From an uncultured Lachnospiraceae bacterium (GTDB lineage Bacteria > Bacillota > Clostridia > Lachnospirales > Lachnospiraceae): a stretch of 58,661 bases of DNA. Positions 43,570-53,863 of the stretch are shown here, in pieces (the stretch's first letter is position 1; every line of letters begins with the position of its first letter). Position numbers and translations under genes: made by a program. The notes beneath the pieces were generated by a model, which did not search any database, was not told where the DNA came from, and worked only from the letters and a program-made list of their open reading frames with translations. Location of the stretch: the NCBI GenBank assembly GCA_947631985.1, contig CANRNK010000001.1, positions 1-58,661 of the forward strand, in the 5' to 3' direction.

Positions 43570-44412
43570 ATGAAAAAAATAATCATAACTGGATGTAACG
43601 GACAATTAGGAAGAGCAATTAATCAGCATTATGCTGGAACAACGGAATATGAACTGGTGAATACAGACGTGGCGGAGCTTGATATTACCAATGTGGATGC
43701 TGTTATGAATCTGGTGTCAGCAGTAAAGCCTGTAGCGATAGTGAACTGTGCTGCACATACAGCAGTTGACGCCTGTGAAGTGCAACATGACAGCGCCTAT
43801 CGAATCAATGCGATCGGTCCGAGGAACCTAAGTATAGCGGCAACAAGAAATCATGCGAAGATGATTCATATCTCGACAGATTATGTATTTCCAGGCAATG
43901 GAACGCAGCCCTATACAGAATTTGATGCAGTGGGACCAAATAGTATGTATGGAAAGACAAAGCTTGCAGGAGAAGAATTTGTCAAAACCTTTTCCAATGA
44001 CTATATCATCCTTAGAACCGCATGGCTCTACGGAGATGGCAAGAATTTTGCAAAGACAATGCTGGCTTTGGCTGAAAAAAATGATGTGATTAAAGTCGTA
44101 AACGATCAGCTTGGAACGCCAACAAGTGCCAAAGAACTGGCGAATGCAATTGGAGCACTTCTCCCAACTGATAATTATGGAACATTCCATGCAACCTGTG
44201 AAGGAAGTTGCAGCTGGGCAGATTTTGCCAAAGAAATCTTCAGACTTGCAGGAAAAGGTACAATGGTACAGGGAATTTCTACGGCAGAGTTCAATTCACC
44301 TGCGGCAAGACCTGCTTACTCCATTCTGGATAATTATATGCTACGCCTGACTGGCGGATATCAGTTTGCCCAGTGGGAAGATGCTTTAACCGAATATATG
44401 AGAACAATCTGA
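43570..44412 (+). CDS. rfbD: dTDP-4-dehydrorhamnose reductase
   Basis: KIIITGCNGQLG Rossmann motif, ISTDYVF, YGKTK catalytic YxxxK, RTAWLYG. ATG 43570 follows GGGAG. Confidence 0.85.
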   Translation: MKKIIITGCNGQLGRAINQHYAGTTEYELVNTDVAELDITNVDAVMNLVSAVKPVAIVNCAAHTAVDACEVQHDSAYRINAIGPRNLSIAATRNHAKMIHISTDYVFPGNGTQPYTEFDAVGPNSMYGKTKLAGEEFVKTFSNDYIILRTAWLYGDGKNFAKTMLALAEKNDVIKVVNDQLGTPTSAKELANAIGALLPTDNYGTFHATCEGSCSWADFAKEIFRLAGKGTMVQGISTAEFNSPAARPAYSILDNYMLRLTGGYQFAQWEDALTEYMRTI

Positions 44413-44483
44413 TAGAATCAAAAAAGTGATAAGGCAAAAATATTAGAATTAAAAATATTAGAATAGAAAAGTAGGACTTCGTC

Positions 44484-45665
44484 ATGGAGCAGAAAAAAGA
44501 ACGCCTGTTATATCTAGATGGAATGAAGGCATTGGCATTGTTCTTTGTGTTTAACACCCATTTTCTGAATGCTTTTTATAGTGGAATCTATACTTTGAAT
44601 CCCAAGGATTTTAAAACCAGCTCTGGTGTGGAATGGATCATTGGAGCAACCCCATTAAACCTTGTGTATGCTGGGAAGCTTGGAGCCAGAATTTTTCTTG
44701 GTATCAGCGCTTTTTTGGTGGTGTGGAATTATTTTAACTCTTATAAAATCAGTTCCCCATTTCAATTTGTAAAGAGTGTCTGTAAAAGATATCTAAGGCT
44801 TCTGCCGGCAATCGCCGTTGTAAACGTATTGGTGTGGGCGGGTATGATGTTGGGACTGTATCAGAATAAAGAAGCAGCACAGCTGATTGGAACACAAGAA
44901 TTTTATGGAGTTTATAACCAATTCAGTCCGAGTGTGGTAGATGCCTTGAAGGAAGCAATTTATGGCTGCTTTATTCTGGGTAGTAACGATTATAATGGGC
45001 CATTATGGTTCATTCAGTATGAGTTTCTTGGTTGTATGTTACTCGGACTGATTCTCATGGTGTTTGGAAAGTACAAATTACGATATCTTTGTTATGGAAT
45101 TGGAATTGTTGTATTTATCAGATCAGATTATCTGGTTATGATTCTATGTGCCCTCGCAGCAGATGTAATGGTTCATTATGAAGACCTGATTGAGGGAATA
45201 CTTGCTACCAGTCTGATTCCAGTGCTTAGGGTAAGCGTGAGAAGTCTGTTGTGGCTACTTGTGATCCCGGCATTTTACTTTGCAACCTTTCCGTCATATG
45301 GTACGAATCTGGAGAATAGCATCTATGCCTTTCTGCCAGCCAAGGTTCTATTCTATTATAATATTGTGATTCCTTGTATTCTGGTTTTAATTGCTTATTT
45401 AAAGCCCTTGCGGAAGGTGATGGAATGGAAGGGATTTGCAAAACTGAACCGAATTTCATATTGTTTTTATCTGATTCATTTTCCAGTATTATGTATGTTC
45501 TCATCCTGGTTCTATCTGAATGGATACCAGAATGTGAATTACCATATTTTAACGTTATTAAACTATGTGGCAACCATTAGTATTGTGATGATACTATCCT
45601 TTTTCTTAACAAAAGTGATTGACCAGCCTGCGGTCAGACTTGCGGGCTTTGTTACAGGCAGATAG
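44484..45665 (+). CDS. acyltransferase-3 family membrane O-acyltransferase (paralog 1)
   Basis: LYLDGMKALALFFVFNTH N-terminal motif and about 10 TMs. Confidence 0.7.
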   Translation: MEQKKERLLYLDGMKALALFFVFNTHFLNAFYSGIYTLNPKDFKTSSGVEWIIGATPLNLVYAGKLGARIFLGISAFLVVWNYFNSYKISSPFQFVKSVCKRYLRLLPAIAVVNVLVWAGMMLGLYQNKEAAQLIGTQEFYGVYNQFSPSVVDALKEAIYGCFILGSNDYNGPLWFIQYEFLGCMLLGLILMVFGKYKLRYLCYGIGIVVFIRSDYLVMILCALAADVMVHYEDLIEGILATSLIPVLRVSVRSLLWLLVIPAFYFATFPSYGTNLENSIYAFLPAKVLFYYNIVIPCILVLIAYLKPLRKVMEWKGFAKLNRISYCFYLIHFPVLCMFSSWFYLNGYQNVNYHILTLLNYVATISIVMILSFFLTKVIDQPAVRLAGFVTGR

Positions 45666-45672
45666 GTGCACA

Positions 45673-46773
45673 ATGGAACAAAAAATCAAATCAAAAAACA
45701 ATGCAAGACTTGATTGGATTGACCTGAGCAAATCAATTGGTATTTTCTTCGTCTTACTCAGTCATTCGCAAGTAAACATACCCCTGGTTAGTGGACTTGG
45801 GAATTTATTCTACATTGGAATCTTTTTTGTGATTGCGGGATACACGTACCATGATGAAGAAGTTCCGGTAGTTTGGTTTGCATGGAAGAAAGCAAAAAGA
45901 GTGCTGGTTCCTTATTTACAGTATAGTATGGCACTATTTCTGATTATGAGTTTGAAACGGATTTTGGAAGGAAGCTTCACCAAGAGCGAAACACTTACTT
46001 CTTTGTTTGGAATCTTTTATGCAAGGAACCAGATTGGCAGGGTGGGGGTCCCGGAAAAATCGTTGCTTGATGTGATGAATGCTCCGTTGTGGTTCCTTCC
46101 TGCTTTTTATCTCTCGTTTGTGTTATTTCATGTTCTGGTACGAATTGGAAAAGAAAAATTACTTCTCTTCACTTTGATCAGTATGATAATTGGAATGAGT
46201 CTGCATTACCTGAGTCCTGTACTATTGCCATGGAGCATAGATACCGCATTTTTGTTTGAGGGAATGTTCGCAGCAGGATATTTTGCCAAACTCTTGATGA
46301 GTGAAAAAAAGCAGTCGTTTTGCTTTTGCCAAGAGTTGGTTAAAAGAGCAGATTTTCAGTATTTATTAGTGGTTGGTTTTTTTATTGGGATGTTAATCTT
46401 ACAATTCTATAACGGTAGAATGAATCTTTCGATTGGGGACTTTGGAAAAACTGTATATGGGGGGTTCTTTGGAGTCATCTTTGGAGCAATTTTTGTAATG
46501 CTTCTCTCCAAAAATATACCCTGGAAAATCTTTACTCCTTTTCTCCAGACAGGACAGAACTCAATGCAGATTATGGCATTTCACTTGTTAAGCTTTGAAA
46601 TATGCAAAGTGCTGATGAATCCCTTCCTACCAGAGTTTTGGGATCAGAACACCCTGACATCAAAGTTGATAAGAGTTGTTATCGTGATTGGTACAATGAT
46701 ATTCATTACGAGAGTATCTGTCTGGATAAGGAACTGGAAAAAGGGAAGGGTTGATCAGTATGAAAGAACGTAG
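45673..46773 (+). CDS. acyltransferase-3 family membrane O-acyltransferase (paralog 2)
   Basis: ARLDWIDLSKSIGIFFVLLSH motif; polytopic. ATG 45673 follows AGGTG; the earlier part of ORF 45619 overlaps paralog 1. Confidence 0.7.
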   Translation: MEQKIKSKNNARLDWIDLSKSIGIFFVLLSHSQVNIPLVSGLGNLFYIGIFFVIAGYTYHDEEVPVVWFAWKKAKRVLVPYLQYSMALFLIMSLKRILEGSFTKSETLTSLFGIFYARNQIGRVGVPEKSLLDVMNAPLWFLPAFYLSFVLFHVLVRIGKEKLLLFTLISMIIGMSLHYLSPVLLPWSIDTAFLFEGMFAAGYFAKLLMSEKKQSFCFCQELVKRADFQYLLVVGFFIGMLILQFYNGRMNLSIGDFGKTVYGGFFGVIFGAIFVMLLSKNIPWKIFTPFLQTGQNSMQIMAFHLLSFEICKVLMNPFLPEFWDQNTLTSKLIRVVIVIGTMIFITRVSVWIRNWKKGRVDQYERT

Positions 46774-47773
46774 TCAGACAGTGGATGCAGTCAAAGGGGT
46801 GGCAGCAATTTTGGTTATGATAGGACATTGCATCGTGTTAAATCACATGGAAGATGGACTTGTCTATGATATGATCAAGTCTGTTCAAATGCCCCTATTT
46901 ATGATTGTGTCGGGTTACCTTGTCCTATATGCAAAGGAAGTCGATACCTGGTCCGGTCTCATTTCACAGATCAAAACAAGAGCAACAGTCTGCCTGGTGC
47001 CTTTTTTTGTATGGACCATTTTGCTTCATCCATTTACGATTAAGGAAAGTCTCGGGACAGTTATGTTCCAGCTTGATAAGGGTCTTTGGTTTCTTATGGT
47101 TTTATTTTTACTAAGCACTGTAATGAATCTGGCAAAATTCAGGAGCAATCCCATTCTATTTGGGGGTGTCTGGCTCTTGTTTTGTGTTCTTCTCTTGTTA
47201 CAAATTCAGATGGGAAATACATTCCTGAGTCCACATCTGTCATTGTACTATGCGCCCTTTTATCTTGGTGGATATCTGGGTGGTGTCGCAATGCAATATT
47301 TTGGATTTGCGAAAACAAAGACAGATAAAACGAAGACAGATAAAGCTGGATTAGGCAGCGTCCTTGTTGCAGTAATATTATTTGCTCTGTTTTTTTACCT
47401 GAATTTTCGCTTTGATATGATAAAAGCCACCAATAAAGCGGAACTCATCATGCAAATACTATCTGCTATAACAGGAAGCCTGGCGATACTCCTCGCGGTA
47501 CAAAAAATAAAAGGAAAGAGCAAACAGCTTCTTTCCCTGATTGGCAGGTATACACTTGAAATTTATGTGATTCACTATCATTTCGCCACTCTTTTGTGGA
47601 GGAATACAGAGCCGGTTACGACACTTGGCGCCTTGTGGATTAGCAGAGTCTTTTTATCGTGGGCGCTGATGACGTTACTTACGGTTCCTGTGATTGTGCT
47701 GTTCAAAAGAAATAAGCTGACGGACATTTTACTGTTCGGTCAGCTCGATCGATACCTTAAAAATAAACACTAA
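46760..47773 (+). CDS. acyltransferase-3 family membrane O-acyltransferase (paralog 3)
   Basis: VDAVKGVAAILVMIGH motif; polytopic. 14-nt overlap with paralog 2. Its 3' end overlaps the convergent DUF212 gene by 17 nt. Confidence 0.7.
   Translation: MKERSQTVDAVKGVAAILVMIGHCIVLNHMEDGLVYDMIKSVQMPLFMIVSGYLVLYAKEVDTWSGLISQIKTRATVCLVPFFVWTILLHPFTIKESLGTVMFQLDKGLWFLMVLFLLSTVMNLAKFRSNPILFGGVWLLFCVLLLLQIQMGNTFLSPHLSLYYAPFYLGGYLGGVAMQYFGFAKTKTDKTKTDKAGLGSVLVAVILFALFFYLNFRFDMIKATNKAELIMQILSAITGSLAILLAVQKIKGKSKQLLSLIGRYTLEIYVIHYHFATLLWRNTEPVTTLGALWISRVFLSWALMTLLTVPVIVLFKRNKLTDILLFGQLDRYLKNKH
47315..47344 (+). repeat. 15-bp tandem duplication (one mismatch) inside acyltransferase paralog 3
   Basis: ACAAAGACAGATAAA / ACGAAGACAGATAAA, encoding TKTDK twice. 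Confidence 0.9.
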
Positions 47774-48209
47774 CAGCAACGACAACTCCAAGAATCGCGC
47801 CAGCCAAAACCTGCAACGGAGTGTGTCCGATAAACTCTTTTAGCTTATCCTGGGCTTTCATATTACTTCCCATGCTGACAAATACTTCCATCATTTCATT
47901 TAGCACTTTTGCCTGGTTACCAGCTTCTCTGCGTACTCCAATGGCATCATACATAACGATGATTGCAAAAATCATTGCAATCGCGAACTGAAAGCTCTCA
48001 CCACCGTATTCCATTCCAGTCGTTGTTGCGAGTGCACAGACTGTTGCAGAATGAGAACTTGGCATACCACCACTTCCGAAAAGACGCTCAGCCACAAATT
48101 CTCTTGTAAACCAGAGATGAATGAGAGTTTTCAGGATTTGCGCTACCCCCCAGCCAATGATGGCAGACATTAATATTTTGTTAATCAGCATTTCTCTTAA
48201 AAAGCTCAT
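47757..48209 (-). CDS. divergent PAP2 family (DUF212) membrane protein
   Basis: GGMPSSHSATVCALA and IVMYDAIGVRREAG motifs. 150 aa, 4-5 TMs. Confidence 0.8.
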   Translation of the reverse strand: MSFLREMLINKILMSAIIGWGVAQILKTLIHLWFTREFVAERLFGSGGMPSSHSATVCALATTTGMEYGGESFQFAIAMIFAIIVMYDAIGVRREAGNQAKVLNEMMEVFVSMGSNMKAQDKLKEFIGHTPLQVLAGAILGVVVAVSVYF

Positions 48210-48288
48210 TTATTTTTAATCTCCTAGTATTCTTCAGACTTTCTATATCCTTGTCTATTATATACATCAATATAGAAAAAAACAAGCC

Positions 48289-48334
48289 AAACAAACACTT
48301 CAAACGAGTCAAAACAAACACTTCACATAAGTCA
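48289..48334. repeat. imperfect 23-bp tandem duplication in the DUF212 upstream region
   Basis: AAACAAACACTTCA at 48289 and 48312, each followed by ...AGTCA. Confidence 0.8.
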
Positions 48335-48364
48335 TGAATCAAATTTACATTCGCTTTACAAGGG

Positions 48365-49201
48365 TTACCATTTTTTTCGGTACTCCAGTGGAGTGTTTCC
48401 TTCTAACTTCTTAAATACTTTAATAAAGTAAGTGGCATCCTGGAATCCACAGCGGATAGCAATGTCCTCAATAGAATCTGTTGAAAAGCGCAAGAATGAC
48501 TTGGCATGCGAAATGCGCCTGGCGGTCAGATCCTGTCCAATGGTAACGGAGTGGATTCGCTTGTATTCTCTGGAGAGGTGATATTTACTAATGAAAAAGC
48601 GCTCTGCCAGATCATCTAAACTGATTCGCTCTGTTGCATGTGTTTCAATGTAAGTCCGGATGAGGTTCATTTTATCCTGGATTGAATTCTCCAGAAGGGA
48701 AGACTTGCGATTTTCCAGAAAACATGAGGTGACAAGCTGTGTCAGGTATTGGTGAGAAATGAGCTCAGTCAGACCAGATTCTTCTTTTTGCACAGAATAT
48801 AGATGAGAAATTGTGCTTGTAAAGGGGTCTAGGTGGGGTGGGCGGAACAGGAAATGATGTTCCTGCTCCAAAAAAAGACGATAAAAGGAAGGGGCTTCCT
48901 GTCCGTAAAAATGAACCCACATTAAGGTCCATGGATGATCGGGGCTACTTTCGTGCGAATAGCCAAGGCTGCAGTCAATTAAGATACAGTCACCAGCAGT
49001 TAAACTATGGAAAGATCCATTATAGAAGAGGCGCCCACTACCTGAGACGACGATAAAAAAGAGGAGAGACTCCAGATTCTGTCTTCGGCTGATGTGGGGT
49101 TCGATACTTTCTAATGTTCCAACCTCCTGAACATAGAGAAAATGCTTCCTGGCATAGGAGGAAGGGGTGGAGAGAATTCGATCAGAACGGGACTTTGCCA
49201 T
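48365..49201 (-). CDS. AraC-family transcriptional regulator (cupin sensor plus 2x HTH)
   Basis: The reverse strand reads ATGGAGGTTATCATG, so GGAGG lies 5 nt before the ATG at 49201. C-terminus ISLDDLAERFFISKYHLSREYKR...IAIRCGFQDATYFIKVFKK. Confidence 0.85.
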   Translation of the reverse strand: MAKSRSDRILSTPSSYARKHFLYVQEVGTLESIEPHISRRQNLESLLFFIVVSGSGRLFYNGSFHSLTAGDCILIDCSLGYSHESSPDHPWTLMWVHFYGQEAPSFYRLFLEQEHHFLFRPPHLDPFTSTISHLYSVQKEESGLTELISHQYLTQLVTSCFLENRKSSLLENSIQDKMNLIRTYIETHATERISLDDLAERFFISKYHLSREYKRIHSVTIGQDLTARRISHAKSFLRFSTDSIEDIAIRCGFQDATYFIKVFKKLEGNTPLEYRKKW

Positions 49202-49231
49202 GATAACCTCCATTGGACTAAAATGCGAATA

Positions 49232-49262
49232 GCAATATTTTACTATTAATAGGCAATATTTT
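49232..49262 (+). promoter_or_regulatory. direct repeat GCAATATTTT x2 with 21-bp spacing (candidate AraC-type operator)
   Basis: Copies at 49232-49241 and 49253-49262. The proximal copy ends 3 nt before the candidate -35. Confidence 0.5.
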
Positions 49263-49265
49263 GAG

Positions 49266-49294
49266 TTGTTACTAGCATTATACAGTAGTATACT
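49266..49294 (+). promoter_or_regulatory. candidate sigma-A promoter of gmd-fcl-manC
   Basis: TTGTTA (49266-49271), 17-nt spacer, TATACT (49289-49294). Confidence 0.45.
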
Positions 49295-49348
49295 CTCATG
49301 GGAAAGCGCAAAATTTAACAAATAAAAGAAAATAATAGGAGTATAGAG

Positions 49349-50452
49349 ATGAGAAATGTAGCATTAATCACAGGAGTAACAGGACAGGACGGGTCATACC
49401 TGGCAGAATTTTTATTAGACAAGGGTTATGAAGTGCATGGTCTTGTCAGAAGGCATAGTATTTCGAATACATCGAGAATTGATCACCTGATCCATTCTGA
49501 CTACAATAGAGTAAAGTTTTTTCTTCATTTTTCAGACATGACAGACTCAAGCAATTTGATGAGACTGATGTCGGAAATCAGACCAACAGAAGTATACAAT
49601 CTTGCAGCACAGTCTCATGTAGGAGTTTCTTTTGATGTTCCAGAATACACAGCAGAGGCAACAGGTGTGAGTACCTTGAAACTATTAGAGGCGATCCGTG
49701 TAAATGGAGGCAACTGCAGATACTATCAGGCATCTACTTCTGAATTGTTCGGAGGAATTCCAGAGACAGCACCACAGAGTGAAACCACTCCATTTTATCC
49801 AAAGAGCCCTTATGGCGTGGCAAAATTATATTCTTACTGGATTACAGTTAACTACAGAGAGTCTTATAATATGTACGCATGCAATGGAATTTTATTCAAT
49901 CATGAATCACCAAGAAGAGGTGAAAACTTTGTAACGCGTAAGATTACGATGGCAGTAGCCAGTATTGTAGCAGGAAAACAGGAAAAATTATCCCTTGGCA
50001 ATATGAACGCAAAGCGTGACTGGGGATTTGCAGGAGATTATGTTGAAGGAATGTGGCTGATGCTCCAGCAGGATAGTCCAGAAGATTATGTACTTGCAAC
50101 GAACGAGACACATACGGTAAGAGAGTTCGTCGAAGCCTCCTTTGAAGAACTCGGAATCACAATCAAATGGGAAGGAACCGGAGTGAATGAAAAAGGATAT
50201 GACAGCAAAACCAACAAATTATTAGTTGATGTCAATCCTGAGTTCTATCGTCCGGCAGAAGTGGAATTCCTGTGGGGTGATCCGACGAAAGCTGAAAAAG
50301 AGCTTGGATGGAAGAGAAAAGCTGACTTTAAGAAATTGGTAGCGATGATGATGGATGCGGATCTTTTGACAATCGCAGGAATGGGTTGCGAGGAATTTAA
50401 AACAGGAAAAAATGCTAAAAAAGAAGAGCACGCTAAAGTGGAGAAACACTAA
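49349..50452 (+). CDS. gmd: GDP-mannose 4,6-dehydratase
   Basis: [48 protein letters not shown]. Confidence 0.95.
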   Translation: MRNVALITGVTGQDGSYLAEFLLDKGYEVHGLVRRHSISNTSRIDHLIHSDYNRVKFFLHFSDMTDSSNLMRLMSEIRPTEVYNLAAQSHVGVSFDVPEYTAEATGVSTLKLLEAIRVNGGNCRYYQASTSELFGGIPETAPQSETTPFYPKSPYGVAKLYSYWITVNYRESYNMYACNGILFNHESPRRGENFVTRKITMAVASIVAGKQEKLSLGNMNAKRDWGFAGDYVEGMWLMLQQDSPEDYVLATNETHTVREFVEASFEELGITIKWEGTGVNEKGYDSKTNKLLVDVNPEFYRPAEVEFLWGDPTKAEKELGWKRKADFKKLVAMMMDADLLTIAGMGCEEFKTGKNAKKEEHAKVEKH

Positions 50453-50545
50453 AATCCTGTATCAGAAGGTAAATAAGAGGCTGATTTTATACAGCAGCTA
50501 ATATAGTTATAAAAGTAAAAGAAAGCAAGGAAGAAGGCTCGTTTT

Positions 50546-51499
50546 ATGAACAAAACAGATAAGATATATGTAGCAGGACATAGAGGGTTGGTGGGAAGTG
50601 CAATCGTCCGCAACCTGGAAGCAAAGGGGTATACGAATGTAATCGGCAGGACACATCATGAATTAGACCTGACCAATCAGGCACAGGTGAGGGCTTTTTT
50701 TGAACAGGAAAGACCAGATGTAGTCGTACTTGCAGCGGCAAAAGTAGGTGGAATCAATGCAAACAATACACAGCCGGCAGAGTTCGCTTATGTTAATCTG
50801 CAGATTCAATGTAATGTAATCCACTGCTGTCATGAATTTAAAGTAAAAAAATTATTATTCCTGGGAAGTACCTGTATCTATCCAAAGCTGGCACCTCAGC
50901 CGATACCGGAATCAGCACTTTTGACCGGACCGTTAGAAGAGACCAATGAGGCATATGCCATTGCCAAGATTGCGGGCCTTGAAATGTGTAAGTTTTATAA
51001 GCAGCAATATGGAGATGATTTTATCAGCTGTATGCCAACGAATCTATACGGACCGCATGATAATTATGATCTGAGTGGGTCCCATGTTATGCCCGCTATG
51101 ATTCGCAAGTTCCATGAAGCAAAAGTGAATGGGAAACCAAGTGTGGAACTCTGGGGTAGTGGAACACCACTCCGGGAATTCCTGTATGTAGATGATATGG
51201 CAGATGCCTGTGTCTATTTGCTGGAACATTACGGAGGCATAGAACATGTCAACATTGGAACCGGCAAGGAAGTCAGCATCCGTGAGTTAGCAGAAACAGT
51301 TCAAAGACAAGTGGGGTTTGTTGGTGAAATTATCTGGAATAAAGAGATGCCAGATGGAACGCCAAGAAAGCTAACGGATGTAACAAAGCTGCATTCGCTT
51401 GGATGGAAGCATAAAGTGGACCTCGAAGAAGGAGTAGGACTTGCCTACCAGTGGTTTAGAGACAATATTGATGATGCAAGATTGGAGAATCATGAATAG
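50546..51499 (+). CDS. fcl: GDP-L-fucose synthase (GDP-4-keto-6-deoxymannose 3,5-epimerase/4-reductase)
   Basis: [40 protein letters not shown]. Confidence 0.9.
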   Translation: MNKTDKIYVAGHRGLVGSAIVRNLEAKGYTNVIGRTHHELDLTNQAQVRAFFEQERPDVVVLAAAKVGGINANNTQPAEFAYVNLQIQCNVIHCCHEFKVKKLLFLGSTCIYPKLAPQPIPESALLTGPLEETNEAYAIAKIAGLEMCKFYKQQYGDDFISCMPTNLYGPHDNYDLSGSHVMPAMIRKFHEAKVNGKPSVELWGSGTPLREFLYVDDMADACVYLLEHYGGIEHVNIGTGKEVSIRELAETVQRQVGFVGEIIWNKEMPDGTPRKLTDVTKLHSLGWKHKVDLEEGVGLAYQWFRDNIDDARLENHE

Positions 51500-52559
51500 A
51501 TTTGGGGTAATCATGGCGGGGGGCGGTGGAACCAGATTCTGGCCGTTAAGCCGGAAAGACCTGCCAAAACAGTTCTTAAATCTGACAGGCGGAGATCTGA
51601 TGGTAAATGAAACCATCGACAGACTTGCCAGATCAGTCTCGAAAGAGGATATCTTCATTGTGACGAATCATCTTCAGGCACAGCTTATGCTGTCATCAAC
51701 AGATGGCCGGGTGAGGGAGGATCATATTCTTGCAGAACCAGCAGCGCGCAATACTTCAGCGTGCATTGGCTATGCAGCACTTGAAATTGTGAAAAAATAT
51801 GGGGATGGTATTATGTGTATTCTGCCATCCGATCATTATATCAAAGACATGGAAGGGTACGACGCCGTGATGGAAGAGGCGTTCCTCGCTGCGGAAAAAA
51901 CAGATTATTTAATTACAATTGGAATCAAGCCAACCTTTCCGGCAACTGGGTATGGCTACATAAAAAGTAGCGATCAAAAAATTGCAGGGTATGCCAAAGC
52001 GGAAGATTTTGTAGAGAAGCCGGATGTTAGAACGGCAAAGGAATACCTTCAGGAGGGAAGCTTTCTATGGAACAGCGGAATGTTTGTCTGGAGGGCGTCT
52101 ACCATATTAAAACACTTTGAAGCATTGCTTCCAGATGTCTACGCCTGTCTTCAAAAAATCGAACTGGCGATGAATACACCGGATGAAATGAAGGTGTTGG
52201 AAGAGGTCTACCCAACGATTCCTAAGATTTCAATTGATTATGGAATTATGGAACGCTCCACAGAGGTACTGGTGTTGGAGGGCAACTTTGGTTGGAACGA
52301 TGTGGGAAGCTGGGATGCGCTCCAGTCCTTATATGATGAGGATGAAAATGGTAACATTATCTATGGGGAACAGATTCATATTGATACCAAGAACTGCATT
52401 TCTTATGCCAAGAACAAACTGATTGCTGCAATTGGGGTAGAAGATCTCATTATCGTTGAGACAGATGATGCGGTTCTTGTCTGCCACAAGGATAAAGCGC
52501 AGGATGTCAAAAAAATAGTGGAAGGCCTTGGAGAGCAGGGCAAAACTGAATATTTATAA
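51492..52559 (+). CDS. manC: mannose-1-phosphate guanylyltransferase (no isomerase domain)
   Basis: [52 protein letters not shown] overlap with fcl. Confidence 0.85.
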   Translation: MNRFGVIMAGGGGTRFWPLSRKDLPKQFLNLTGGDLMVNETIDRLARSVSKEDIFIVTNHLQAQLMLSSTDGRVREDHILAEPAARNTSACIGYAALEIVKKYGDGIMCILPSDHYIKDMEGYDAVMEEAFLAAEKTDYLITIGIKPTFPATGYGYIKSSDQKIAGYAKAEDFVEKPDVRTAKEYLQEGSFLWNSGMFVWRASTILKHFEALLPDVYACLQKIELAMNTPDEMKVLEEVYPTIPKISIDYGIMERSTEVLVLEGNFGWNDVGSWDALQSLYDEDENGNIIYGEQIHIDTKNCISYAKNKLIAAIGVEDLIIVETDDAVLVCHKDKAQDVKKIVEGLGEQGKTEYL

Positions 52560-52563
52560 TTAA

Positions 52564-52587
52564 AAAACGGCTTATGCCGTTTTTTTG
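52564..52587 (+). terminator. rho-independent terminator after manC
   Basis: AAAACGGC-TTAT-GCCGTTTT followed by TTTT. Confidence 0.75.
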
Positions 52588-52672
52588 TTCCTGAATGAGT
52601 AGAATTGTGGTAAAATATCAGGTAAATGTAGTTGTGAAAATGAACAAAAATGAAAATTAGGGAGTAGCACTT

Positions 52673-53863
52673 ATGAAGCAGGAAACAAAAGTCTTCTATA
52701 TGCATGCGGGAAGTGGGAACCATGGTTGTGAAGCTCTGGTTCGGTCAACTTGTGAGCTCCTGGGACAAAAGGTAAGACTGGTTTCAGGTAAACCAGAAGA
52801 AGATATTCTTTATGAGATTAACAAGCTATGCGACATAGTTCCTTATCATAGAGTGACACAGAACCGGCTTCACCATATGGCCTTATTCCTAAGAAAAATA
52901 CTCTTTCGGGATAAAGATTGTTATGCAAAATACCAGTACCAGGAAATTCTAATGCCGAAGGTCTATCCACTCTGTCTTTCGATTGGTGGGGATAATTACT
53001 GCTATGAGGATATGCTGACAGAGTTGCTATCTGTGAACAGGCAGCTGCGAAAACAGGGAAGCAAAACTGTTCTTTGGGGCTGTTCGATTGAGCCAGAGAT
53101 CCTTAAGCGGAGAGAAGTCAGAGAAGATTTACAAGGGTACCGATTGATTGTAGCCAGGGAATCAATTACCTATCAGGCATTATGCGAAGCAGGACTAGGA
53201 GAAATCAGTGTGTTATGTCCGGATCCTGCGTTTCTGCTACAAACACAGTCCAAGATTTATGAGCCAGAATTTAGCGAAAACGGGGTAGTTGGAATTAATC
53301 TGAGTCCTTTGATTATGAAAAGCGAGTCACATCCCGGTGTGACAGTGGAGAATTACCGAGAACTGCTTCGTTATATTTTGGAGGATACCAAGATGAGTAT
53401 CGCTCTGATTCCACATGTTGTATGGGACGGCAATGACGACAGGGTGCCGATGCAAAAGTTATATGACGAATTTACAAAAAATGGGACGAATACAAAGCGA
53501 ATCAGAATCATAAAAGACTGTAACTGTATGGAATTAAAGGGATATATTGCAGCGTGTGATCTCTTTATCGGAGCAAGAACTCATGCGACGATTGCGGCGT
53601 ATTCATCCCATGTTCCAACACTTGTAGTAGGCTATTCTGTGAAGGCAAGAGGAATCGCACGGGATCTGTTTGGAACCTTTGAAAACTATGTGTTACCGGT
53701 GCAGGAGCTGGAAGAAAAGGAAGACTTGTCAAAGGCATTTCGGTGGCTGGAACAAAATCAGACACAGATTCATGACCATTTGATCCACACAATGCCCGAC
53801 TACAAAAAAAAGGCAGAAAGTGCCAGAAACTATCTGGATGAAATCAGAGAGATTGAGACATGA
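52673..53863 (+). CDS. polysaccharide pyruvyl transferase family protein (WcaK/CsaB-like)
   Basis: SGNHGCEAL near the N-terminus, SIGGDNY, and C-terminal GARTHATIAAYSSHVPTLVVGYSVKARG resembling the family R-x-H...P...Y..K motif. Confidence 0.65.
   Translation: MKQETKVFYMHAGSGNHGCEALVRSTCELLGQKVRLVSGKPEEDILYEINKLCDIVPYHRVTQNRLHHMALFLRKILFRDKDCYAKYQYQEILMPKVYPLCLSIGGDNYCYEDMLTELLSVNRQLRKQGSKTVLWGCSIEPEILKRREVREDLQGYRLIVARESITYQALCEAGLGEISVLCPDPAFLLQTQSKIYEPEFSENGVVGINLSPLIMKSESHPGVTVENYRELLRYILEDTKMSIALIPHVVWDGNDDRVPMQKLYDEFTKNGTNTKRIRIIKDCNCMELKGYIAACDLFIGARTHATIAAYSSHVPTLVVGYSVKARGIARDLFGTFENYVLPVQELEEKEDLSKAFRWLEQNQTQIHDHLIHTMPDYKKKAESARNYLDEIREIET

Noticed and set aside
43044-43586. 180-aa reverse-strand ORF covering the DUF2304 gene and both neighbouring gene ends
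   Set aside because: It spans three well-supported + strand genes with no RBS and no recognisable motifs. It is a shadow ORF.
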